Positions 25,164 through 36,660 of a stretch of 64,000 nt of DNA are shown piece after piece (within the stretch, counting starts at the first letter, position 1; each line of letters begins with the position of its first letter). The notes under the pieces were generated by a model. That model saw only the letters and a list, made by a program, of their open reading frames with translations, was not told the DNA's origin and did not search any database. The DNA lies in assembly GCA_964035545.1 (NCBI GenBank), contig OZ037769.1, positions 10,322,633-10,386,632 of the forward strand. Reading direction: 5' to 3'. Made by a program: the position numbers and the translations under genes. This DNA is from Bugula neritina (taxonomy: Eukaryota > Animalia > Bryozoa).

Positions 25164-26204
25164 ATGGGAAGCTCATTGAACAATGCAGAAACATCAATAT
25201 ACATTAATATGTTGCAAACAAAGCATAGCTATATGTATGAAGCTTAGTTTTAAAATAAATAAATGGTGTTCAAATGAAATAATCGATCTTCATTAGGTAA
25301 ATCCTTCAAAATATGTAATCATTTATTTTCAAAAGTAAAAAAATAATCTAAATAGAGTTATTAAAACAGTGATATAAATAATAAGCTGATACAACCAGCC
25401 AACTCTCTTGAACTTGTAGTATTGCAGGGCGAAAATTTGCTTCTTCCATCTCCAGCTTAGCAATTAAACAGAAAGCTGGTCTGGGAATATATTATATAGA
25501 CATACATTAATTACACAGGACAAACATACAAACAAGCATATTTCATTTCTGTGCATATCCAAGAAGTTGTATGCACAAACAACACCCTAGAAGCAAATGA
25601 CCCTGGTAGACATTGTCAACCAGTATTAGCAATATTGTTTGTTTTATGTGCCAGATGAGCTCTATTTAGGGTCGAACAAAATATATAGAGGCCAGGAAAG
25701 AAAATGAAATAGTTACAATACAAGACACAATCTTTATTCATTGGTTTGATAAGATGCAGTTGTTGTACTAAAAACCTCTACTATAAAAGTTTATAATAAT
25801 TTGTAATAAGCCCATTACATTACCCCTATTAAGGACTATAGAAAATTTAAATACTACAGGTTTTACCTGCTTAGTAACTATCCAGGAATTCTCTTTGCAT
25901 GATTCATAGTTGTTCAAATATTATCTTATACTTTTTGGTAAATTTCGATGGATCAAAATTATTATTAAATAATTAAATACATGCCACATTATTTTGATCA
26001 AATTCAAAGTTTATAATTATAATAATATATTATAACTACAGACTCCTAATTGCAGCATAAGATTATATAAGTATTTAGTTTGTGTTTGTAGTTTATTCCA
26101 GAACATTATATAGTATAACATAGTATCACATCGTATAAATGTTAATATCACATAGTAGTACATAACATAATATAAGTCTACTATGAATTAACTACAATAT
26201 AATA

Positions 26205-26608
<404 letters not shown>

Positions 26609-26658
26609 TAGCCCTTTCCATCAGGGATTTCAAATGTGAGTTTTTATATAGTTTAGAA

Positions 26659-26953
26659 CAGGGCTCTTCGACAGGCGGCCCCAGGGCTGGATGTGGCCTC
26701 CAGCCTACATTTATATTGAAGTGAAAAACCACATTTTAAATGTCTTATTTATACACATGCTATAACCAAACATGTAGCCTGCAGTAAATATTGGGACTTG
26801 ATAGTGTAATGATTAATAAGAATTTGGAATAAAGTATTTAAAAAAAATAATTAATGATGTGGCCCCAGCTCCAACTAAACTTTACAATATGGCCCTTGCC
26901 ACCTGAATAGTCCCTTTTAGGAACCCTCGGTCATAAAAGGATGGACACCCCTG
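26659..26953. mobile_element. hAT-superfamily MITE
   Basis: Termini CAGGG...CCCTG; perfect 8 bp TSD gtttagaa (26651-26658 and 26954-26961). Confidence 0.85.
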
Positions 26954-27358
26954 GTTTAGAAGATCCTTTTTGATTTATTCTTTTCAATTGAAAAATAGAA
27001 GCATCTATCAAAAATAAGTAATAGCTAAATAAATAGCTACTAATGTAATGAAACATTAAAGCCAAACCTTTCCAAATCACTAACCCCATCTCTCCTTGCC
27101 CTATTTCCCTTGCCTAACCTTCTTATTTCTATGCTTTAAGCATAGATACTGCTGATGTAATAGTGTATGTTACAGTAAAATGAAATAATAAGCTGTTCTC
27201 ACTCTAACTTTCTGATATTGCTTCAGGCAGCACTATATATCCTCCATGATTCCAAAATACCTGTCCAAAATGCAATCTACCCTAAAATAATATACTAGTA
27301 GGCCTAGACATATTACATAATGTAATGCCACTCTTCAGAATGTGCAGAACTGTTTTAG

Positions 27359-27560
27359 TGCTGATGACAGACTAGATGAGAAAAGGAATGCCATGGCGGT
27401 GTTACAGAGTGATGGTCTGGTCCTGTGGATACCTCCAGCCATATTCAAGAGCTCCTGTTCTATTGACATTACCAACTTTCCCTTCGACTCCCAGATCTTC
27501 CATCTGAAATTTGGAGTGTAAACTTTCGATGAAAACAAAATTAACTTAGATTTTTATGAA
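27359..27560 (+). pseudogene. Disabled exon of a nicotinic acetylcholine receptor subunit (Cys-loop ligand-binding domain)
   Basis: Bounded by ttttag and gtcagt. Translates [66 protein letters not shown]. Second Cys-loop Cys is Phe; loop-B Trp is TAA (27519-27521). Absent from the ORF track. Confidence 0.9.
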
Positions 27561-27628
27561 GTCAGTACTAGCCGGTGGCTCTACAAATTTTTATTGAAAT
27601 TCATGATTACATGAAAAAACATATATAT

Positions 27629-27981
27629 TGTAGTGAGTCATGCAAAGTACAAATACGGGAATCGCCCTCTCTCTATTCTGGGAATACTAAGACCCTTATG
27701 TAGCAACCAATTAGCAGCACCGGAAGATATGCTTCCGACTCACGTGACACTTCCCGGGTTATTAACAATTGATCACGTTGTTGTAAGCGGAGGCTTGAAG
27801 TAGAAGCATGTATTAGTAGTTGACTGATGTATAGGATAATTTAATGTGATGTTTACTTTATGCTTTATTGTGGATAATAAATATAATTACTCGACAGCTA
27901 CCCTAGTAATTGCTAGCAGAATAACCAACTAACTATACGCAAGTAGATAACTCACGCACAGTAATTGCACAAATTACTACA
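27629..27981. mobile_element. Solo LTR (353 bp)
   Basis: TGTAGT...ACTACA termini with 4 bp TSD ATAT. Confidence 0.75.
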
Positions 27982-28059
27982 ATATGTCAATGGGATTGTT
28001 CATAACAACTGTAGCTCACTTGTGTTCCAGCCAACTCAAGATATATCACAATTCACATG

Positions 28060-28262
28060 GGTTTATAGTCACTATTTTTGTAAGAAACCCCTGATGGAAA
28101 GGGTTTTTGTTTAAGCAAGCTGAGGACTTATTTAAATGAGGCACAGGAGTATTTATGACTAGATGCTCTTCCTGACATAATTGATGGCCTTTGTCTGGGC
28201 TCGAACACATGACTGCGAGTTTACTCGACCAATGCTCTAACCTCTAGACTAGTGCTGCTCCT
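28060..28262 (-). mobile_element. tRNA-derived SINE
   Basis: Minus strand begins ggagcagcactagtctagaggttagagc, with B-box-like gttcgagcc; body shared with the other two copies. Confidence 0.8.
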
Positions 28263-28922
28263 ACTAGAATATATAATATATTGCTATGTAAACTGTAAGT
28301 AATATTTTATAGAGTTTTATTAAACTGTGTTATAATTTCCACCATTATAATGAGTATGGGGATTCGTGTATACTATAATTATCCACGTTGCATTGCTAGA
28401 CACCAGACAAGTAATTAAGAAAGAAGAAGATTTATTTAATACACTAAGTACACGAGTAAAAGTAGTATAAATTGAGTAGCACACATACATAAAACATCTA
28501 TCTTATTACAATCAGCATCACGCTCTAACTGAATTATATTATTAGAATACTGTCCGGAAGCCTTTCTGCTTCTCTGGGGTTAATCACGTGCTTAATGAGG
28601 ATTGGTTCGTGAGCACGTGGCGCTTACGCTTCACTGGCCACTACACCTCCCCCTCCAGCAGGGAGCCTACTTCCTGCTAAAAAATGCGTGGGAGGGAGGC
28701 GTAAAAAAGGCATGAATATATATATAAAAAAACAATATCAGAATAAAACTGTACATAAAAAAAAAACACCAAGTTAAACACAATTGATATCTTCAAAATC
28801 CTATTTACAAAATATAGTTTTTCGCAGCACCGGTGGAGCACCAGGAGGGATGGAGACGGACAAGATACTATCTGGAACCGGAGGATTGTAGAGAGGGAGA
28901 GACAAAGAGAGAGAGTGTTACA

Positions 28923-29987
28923 CTAATCCTTGGTGGCACGTTTCAGCCAATTTATAGATTCCTGGAGGGACTTCAACTCGCTAGTTGCTGCTTTCACCCC
29001 GGGAGCCAACCGATGCACCTCTCTCTCAAGTTCGTTGGTCCTTTCTTCGACTTCCCGCAGGTTTCGAGCCAGAGGAGAAGAACGGGAGGGGGACTGAGGA
29101 GGTTGATGTCTTTTCCGATCTGCAGGAGGAAGTGGAGGAAGAGTGTAGGCCTGTGTGTCGATGCGTTGGAGGATAACACGTGGGAGGGTTCTAGGACGAC
29201 GTATCGAGTTGGTTGGGGATGGGGTAGAGAAGCCAGGAGGCTTAGTGGCAGGTCCTGGTATAATGGGTCGAGGGGAGGGGAATCCTTGCTCCAGACGGGT
29301 GAGTCGAGCGGGGTCAGTGACGAAGGGCCGAATGAGGTTGAGGAAGGTAGGATAAGAACTCTCATTCACGTCGTACGGGTGTCCAGGAAAACAACTCATG
29401 GTCCACTGATGTCTCAGCACATAGTCCCTGTGGTAATTATATTCACCACAGGAACAGAAAGTAGTCACGAAATGTTAAGGGAGGTAGACCCGCAGCCGGC
29501 GGTGTGTTGTAAAGTGCTGCTGGCACAAACGGCACTCTGTGTTATCCTCGTCCCCTCTGTATTTTTGTATTTCCGCCTCCGTGGCGGGTGTAGTCCAACA
29601 AGACTTGGATTCTAGTTAGTATGGCAGTTTCTTAGTGGAGGGGGTGTGTGTTGTGGGCTCCGGATTCCAGGCCATCTCCAGAGGTGGCATCCCTGGTGAG
29701 ACGGGAGCGAGTGTGTTGTCTACAGAAGTAGAATTATTGTCAGATCGCAACGAATCTTTACAACATAATTCTAGTGACGATCGACTGTTACTAGTCTGAG
29801 AGTCACAACTTTTATAAGACACTCGAGAGACCAGTTGATTACGTGTAGACTGACCAAGAATGGCAATGTCTAGCTCGAGATCTAACAGATCGTCGGCCAT
29901 TACTGCGTCCTCATCGTCATTCACGTTAAACGTGGTCCCCAGTAACTCTGACTCAATCCGACTGATTAGTTTGGAATTAACTGGCAT
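28923..29987 (-). pseudogene. Third ORF of the Gypsy element: zinc-finger/coiled-coil protein, 355 codons with two internal stops
   Basis: ORFs 29616-29987 and 28923-29468 are in frame. The 49 codons between them read LESKSCWTTPATEAEIQKYRGDEDNTECRLCQQHFTTHRRLRVYLP*HF. Homologue at ~58420-59260. Confidence 0.7.
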
Positions 29988-30338
29988 CGGGCCTGTTTCT
30001 ATAAATAGGAATACAAGACTTATACAGGCTTACCTGTGAACTTGGTTTTGATCGACATACTCAACATTCAGTGGTAGTAGTTGTGAGTTAAAGAGGTAGT
30101 TGTGAAATACGTCTGCCCTTAATGATGTCAGCGTAGGAAAAGGCCGGGCAGCGTGTTTGCTGCGCGTGGTTGGAACTCTTTACTCCGAGCGCATTAATTC
30201 CTCCCCCTACTTCGCCCTCGCAAAAGTTGATATTTGCGTGGGGCTCACAACTCCCACATTTGCCTGATAATTCCTTTGTACGGTTTTCCCTTAGACTTTA
30301 ATACGCGCCGCTTTGGACGCAGTCACATACAAAATCTT

Positions 30339-33300
30339 TTAAATATAATGGGGATTGCCTAGTACGTTGTCCCGCTTTAGGGGAGGTGGCGCACTCACCG
30401 GTGGACTAGTGGGTACCACTGGCGGTGCTTCTGGTTCACCGGTAGTGATTACTTCTACCTGTTCTCCTGATGGAGCCCCTCCCTCCGTAGGGGTTTGCAC
30501 TTCCGGAACCGGCTCGGTTTCTGGAAGTGATGGTATCAGACTTGGTATAGGAGGCAGCGGATGCACTTCTGTTGGTAGAAGCGGTCGCTCATCTCGTACC
30601 AAGTCTTCTTTCCGCAGAATGACCACTTCATACTCGAATCCATGCCGCCGTCGCCCACGCGTTGTCGTCTGCCTCCTGGGCTCCAACAACGGGGGGGGGG
30701 GGCTTCTCACACTGCGTCTGGGGTAGCCCAATATGGCTTCATGCAAGCCTCATTCTGGATGGACACTTGTCCTGAGCGCTCGATCTTGTAGGTATGGTTG
30801 GGCATAGCCTCGACTACCACGTAGGGTCCCACAAACTTAGGCTGTAATTTAGCCTCCTGCCCGTGACGTCTACGGTAATTGACCATCCACACCCAATCTC
30901 CTGTCTGATAGAGGGGTGGGTCCTCGAAATCCTCGCGCCGCACCTGCCACTGCTTCTCTCGCAGCATTTCGTGTGCGACCCTCATCCGTTCCACTAGTTC
31001 GCTGGCATACTCGTGAACCGAGTTGTCTTGCTCTGGAATGTAGTAGGTAAGATGGTCAGGGACTTGAGTCTCTCTCCCGAGCATCAGAAGGTTTGGGGTC
31101 TCACCAGTACTAGTGTGCGGGTGCTACGGTATGCGCGCATGACTTGCGGCAACACCGTGTCCCATTTCTACTGACTGTGTTCGAAAAGTAGACTCCGGAG
31201 CGCATCACCTAGCATCCGGTTGTTGCGCTCCACTACCCCGTTACCTTGGGGATGGTAAGGGGTGGTCCTGCTCTGATTTACTTCCCAGAGGCGGCAAAGG
31301 TCGCTCATCAGTTGAGACTGGAACTGAGCGCCTTGGTCAAAGTTTATCTGTTCGGGGAAATCAAGGTAAAAGAATACACGTTGGTCTAGCACCCAGGCCA
31401 CTGTCGGAGCTGACGCATCTGGGATCGCCAGTGCGTCCGCCCACCGGGTAAAGTGGTCGGTTAATACTAAAATCCAACTATTGCCTCTGGGGGTTAAGGG
31501 CATGGGTCTGACCAGGTCGACAGCTACTACTTGCCACGGCCTTCCAGCATATAACCTCCGCCGTCCCGCTTCACCAGGGAGACGGCCATGCTTGCTGGCC
31601 TGGCAGATTTCACACTGTTTTACTCCGAGTCGGACATCACGCCCGATGGTGGGCCAATACCACCGGAGTTGCAACTTGGAGAGCACTCTCTGGACTTCTG
31701 CGTGAGCCTGCTTGTAAGTGTCTCAAATCAACTCACGGCGTATGGCAGTGGAGCAGACCACCCTTTTCCTCTCCGGGTGTCTGCCATTAGCGGCTAAAGA
31801 AATGGTCAGCAGGCTATCCTGCCCGATCCTCAGTGAGTCTCAACGTTGACAGAATAGCCGGAACTCGGCGCATCCCTGTCTTAATTGTTCCTTGCCGGGT
31901 TGTCGCCCTTCCTTTTTGGCCCGATATATGTCTGCCACTACTCCAGGCAGCTCTTCCTAAAGCTTTTTCAGCTCCCAGACATTATCGGTCAAAACAGAGT
32001 TGGCACGGAGGGTTTGTACAACCTCCGGGGACTCGTCAACCTTCTGCTGAAGTTGATCCTGGTCCCAGTCAAATTGTGCTCCGTGGTGAGCCAGTGTCTC
32101 TAACTCACATCGTGGGGAACCTCCATCCCTCTTCTCGATGTTGAGACACTGTTTACAACCTCCATCAGGTCGCCGGCTCAAACCATCCGCATTGCTGTGC
32201 CTCTTACCCGGTCGGTGTTCGATCCGGTAGGAAAATTCAGCTAGGATTTCGAGCCATTGGGCGACCTGACTGGACGGCTCTGCTCTCTTGCACAACCAGA
32301 TCAGGGAGGCATGATCCGTACGCAGCCGGAACTTCCTGCCGTACAGGTATGGTCTGAAGTGCTTCACTGACTTAATTACTGCCAGCAACTCCTTGCGGGT
32401 AGTGCAGTAATTTCGTTCAGTGGGTGAGAGAGACTTGCTGTAGTAAGCTACTACCACTTCTCCGCTTTCATGCAATTGGAACAGCACAGCGCCAACATTC
32501 TGGTCACTGGCGTCTGTGTCAAGGATATACTCTAGAGCGGGGTCTGGGTAGGCCAAGATGGGTGCCGTCAGTACACAGGATAGTTAAGGGCAACCTTTTA
32601 GCTGCAACTGCCTTGCTGAGGTTTGTATTGTAATCATATAAGAATTCAGTACCTGTAAAATAAAATCTCACCTAATTGTGCTAGAGTCAAAATTTAAAAA
32701 CTCTGTTGTAGATCTTCTTTTTCTCCAGTGTAAGTTTTTTGGAAATTTCAATTTTCATTTTTTTTGCAAAGTTATAGACAAAAAACTGCTCAATTTTGGC
32801 CAATTTTGCCTGAAAAGCTGACTTTTCAGTACCAGTAAAATATCTCAGCAGCAAAGCATGATATCTGAATAAAAATTGCACTGCTGGAATCCTGAGATAT
32901 TTCTCCAGTGTAAGTTTTTTTCTTTTTCCAATAACTCTTTTAGATTGCCCATAAATTGGTGATTTACACACTGAAAATGCCATATTTTTTCATGGGTAAT
33001 TAGCAGCGCGCAGCACTTCACGCTTCAATGAGCACGTAGGGATGAGAAGATATTGGCGCGTACACGCTAATCACAGGCTTGCTAGCCGACAGGCTATAAT
33101 GAATAGCTTGCTTTGTACTCTGTTTATGTAGCACCCATAATGGAATGTTGGTAGATAACGCAGCCCTAATGAAGGTTGCTGCTTATTGGTTGTAGTTTGA
33201 TCCTAGGCTAAACAATTGCAAGTAGGCAACACGCATGCCACCCACAGAGCAATATTATTCAAGAACCTAAACTACATTTTGAGAGAAATTCATGATATTC

Positions 33301-35080
33301 TTAGTGAGGATGCCCTTAACTATCCTGTGTAGGCAACCCTTGAGGCGGTCGAATGCTCGTTGTTCGACCGGGGTCCACTGCCACGTCACTCCCTTTGCGC
33401 CCAGCCGGTTTAACCGCTGTGCTATGCCTGCAAAGTCTGGTATGTATTGCCTGTAATACCCCACCAGACCCAAGAAAGCCTGGAGTCCGGTCAAATTTTG
33501 GGGGGTGACCCAGTCCTCTATTGCCCGTACCTTTTCGGGATCCGTTGCCACGCCGTTTCGACCGACAATGTGCGAAATAGAGCCCACTTGGAAGGTTTTT
33601 GCTTCAGACCGGCACCTCTGAGTCTTTCGAAAACTTCTCGCAGACGACTGACGTGTGTCTCAAAGTCTGGAGAGATCACGATGGCGTCATCGAGGTGGAT
33701 CAGCAGTGTTTTCTAATAGAGTCTACTGAGGACTTGCTCCATCAGCCTCTGAAAGGTGGCCGGGGCAGAGGTTAATCCGAAGGGCAGCACCTTCCACTTC
33801 CACAGTTCGTCCCGTGTGATAAACGCTGCCTTATCTTGGGCGTCGGCACTCAGGGGGACCTGCCAGTAACCGCTCAACAAGTCTAACATACTGAAGTACT
33901 TGCTGCCAGCTCGGGCATTCATTGATTCATCAATACGAGGTAGAGAGTAGGCGTCTTGTATGGTCACGCTATTAAGCTTGCTGTAGTCCACACAGAACCG
34001 CCAACTTTCGTCTTTATTCCGGACCAACGCGACCGGCGAGCTCCATGCACTGTAGGCTGGCTCGATAAGGCTGCGGTCAAGAAGATCCCGGACTTGTCGG
34101 CTGACCTCCTTCTCTTTCTCCGGCCCCAACCTGCGTGTGGATTGCCGAATAGGGACTGTCTCCGCAGTCAGCGGTAGCTCGTGTCTGACAGCTCCAGTCA
34201 GCCCCACGTCGTGATATCCGCTGCTGAACACATCACCATAGTCGCATAGCAACTTCGCCATAGCCTGGCGTTCTTCGTTGCTCGCACAGCCACCGCAAGC
34301 TGTCTCATATAACTCTCTGATGTATATTGGGACAGTCTCCCGCCCAGTTTTAGGGCGTCGAGGGGGTTCTTCCGTCGCGTCCCCCAGCGACGGGCCCACG
34401 TCCTCTTGGACAGAGTGGAACCGGCCTAGCATAGATCCACCTGGTAGCTTAATAGACTCAGTAAACGGGTTTACGCACTGCACCAAGGTCTCTCTTCGCG
34501 CAGTCAGCTGGTTTAAACTGCTGGCGAGTTGGATTCTTTCATGCGCGCCTTTGACTACTCCGAATCCGGTGATCCGGTTATTGTTCACTCTGCAGTGGAT
34601 AGTAGCCCGAGAGCATTCTGGTACGGTGCAGTTGCGGATTACCTTGACACCTCCCACTAGAGAATGCCCGGGCTTATCCACACAGGCAAGTTCTCGCTCG
34701 CCCATCAGCACCGCCGACTTACTAAAGTCGATGCGGCATTTGTGCCATTTCAAAAAGGGCATTCCGAGGATAGCATCCTTCTCTAGTTGGCTGATGGCAA
34801 AAGTCTCCTGTACAGCCTGATCTCGGACATGCCCAGTGAGTTCTATAATACCGTGAAAGGGAATACACGACCCGTCTGCTAGGGTGCCATGTTTTCCCAT
34901 ATATGGTCGTACTCTATCCCTGTCCTGGCGGGAAAGTGTCTCAAAGACCCTATGACTGAGGAGGTTCGTAGTACAACCGGAGTCTAGCAGGAAAGTGACA
35001 GCTTTACCCGCCACCTTTCCTGGTAGGAAATAACTATCTCCATGTGGTTGTACCTTAACCCCCCGCATGCTCAGTTCCAC
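30339..35080 (-). pseudogene. pol: Gypsy pol (PR, RT, RNase H, integrase with GPY motif), disrupted
   Basis: LLDSGC, FCVDYSKLN, PFGLTSAPATFQR, ILDTDAS, TDH, NADGLSR, AVDLV, DQG, VERNN, FVGPY. Confidence 0.93.
32574..33329. mobile_element. Non-autonomous TA-targeting DNA transposon (Tc1/mariner-like) nested in Gypsy pol
   Basis: Perfect 19 bp TIR cacaggatagttaagggca / tgcccttaactatcctgtg with TA duplication. Removal restores pol reading KGCLLTAPILAYPD. Confidence 0.9.
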
Positions 35081-35712
35081 CTGGGTAGAGCTGCGGGGGT
35101 GTCGCCCGCGGCATATGGGGCATGTGGTGGGTTTCCTTGTCCCTTATGTAGTTGAGTAGCTAATAGATAAGCCTCTCCGGCTCGTAGGGCGTCCTCCACC
35201 GTGGTCACTCCTTTGGCCTGCAGTTGGTGGTGCAGACCCAAGTCATTCAATGACTGGACAAACGCATCATAGGTATAGCGCTCTTGGTGTTGTACTGGTA
35301 AGTCGCTATACGCGATCTGCGCCAGTCTCTTCACCATAGCTGCATGCTCTTGTAGCGAAGTTCATGGTGTGCGGCATAACCTCTGCAGACGAGCCCTGGC
35401 GTCTACTGTGGAGATACCAAAACGGGCCTGCAGCGCAGCAAAAATCCCGCCTATGTTAGTTCCTAGTCCGTATGGCTTGGCCTGCTCCGTCAATGCTCTC
35501 CGTAGCTGAATAAGGGCCACTCTGGGCGGCCATTGAGCAAACTCTATCATCTCTTTAAATTCCTGTATGAACTGTTCCACATCTTCTGATCCAGTAAAGG
35601 TAGGAGCTTTCAATCGGTACCAGTAAGCCTCCTCTCCTTGTAACACTGGACTCTCTGAAATTATTGTAATATCAGGCTCACCTTCTCTCTGTCGAGCTGG
35701 TTCTCTCGCCAT
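35071..35712 (-). pseudogene. gag: Gypsy gag (split by an internal stop)
   Basis: KAPTFTGSEDVEQFIQEF... capsid-like N-terminus directly after the PBS; homologous to 55223-55480. Confidence 0.8.
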
Positions 35713-36597
35713 TTTTGTCGTGATTGTCAGTTAGGTTGCATCCGTGTTAGTATGTAGAGATCCCATCGCTGCCACCACTGTTATAATTTCCACAATTATA
35801 ATGAGTATGGGGATTCGTATATACTATAAATATCCACGTTGCATTGTTAGACACCAAACGAGTAATTAAGAGAAAAGAAGATTTGTTTATTACACTAAGT
35901 ACACGAGTAAAAGTAGTATAAATTGAGTAGCACACATATATAAAACATCTATCTTATTACAATCAGCATCCTGCTCTAACTGAATTATATTATTAGAATA
36001 CTGTCCAGAAGCCTTTCTGCTTCTCTGGGGTTAATCACGTGCTTAATGAGGATTGGTTCGTGAGCACGTGGCGCTTACGCTTCACTAGCCACTACACCTG
36101 GACGATTCAAAATGTGCTGTTTTTATACCATATGAAACTTAGATAGCAAATTTGTAACAGTGTTTTTATTTCATGCTTCACTTGGAAATTGGAGTTATAT
36201 TCCCCCTTGAATGCTGCTTTTTGCATAACCCTCAAGTATTTTTTTATCTTTTGATTTTACTGTATCAAGTTTATGCTCAGATTACAGACAATTTTTTTAA
36301 ATTAGAAAGACATGCTGTCTCAACTTAAATCAAAGCTAGCTGAGAGCTGCAAAAAATGCTAATAAATATGTTACAAAATTGTATTTTAATTTAAAATAAT
36401 AAATATAATTAAAGTCAAACATATTAAATCTAACTAAGTTATTATAGTTGTGAAATCAGACTAGAAGCATGCATTTTTATGAGTTTACATAGTAACAAGT
36501 GAAGAGTTAGTAAAGATTATAGACCGAAAGAATATATATGAATGAAAATTCATTGTAAAATAATAAACATGATAATAAATATTAAATCCTAAATCTT

Positions 36598-36660
36598 CAT
36601 GACTGAGGTAGATGTTTAAGCTTAGCATGTAGATATGCTTAGACATATACCTCAGGCGTG
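36598..36660 (+). ncRNA. Pre-miRNA-like hairpin (copies at 42203-42266 and 47606-47669)
   Basis: About 24 bp stem, ~64 nt total, present in all three units; several differences give G-U pairs on the plus strand. Confidence 0.4.

Larger units (their letters stand above)
28328..36096 (-). mobile_element. Full-length Ty3/Gypsy LTR retrotransposon (disrupted) with extra 3' ORF
   Basis: 318 bp LTRs at 35779-36096 (5') and 28328-28645 (3'), similar but not identical. PBS tggtggcagcgatgggat (tRNA-Leu-like); PPT ggagggggagg; order gag-PR-RT-RH-IN. Flanks actg/cctg differ by one base. Confidence 0.95.

Noticed and set aside
28833-29615. 260 aa plus-strand ORF as an antisense gene
   Set aside because: Shadow of the GC-rich ORF3; the conservation between elements lies on the minus-strand frame.
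36604-36625. True let-7 orthologue
   Set aside because: Only the first 8 nt match, in one copy; the remainder differs and no miR-100/miR-125 neighbours were seen.
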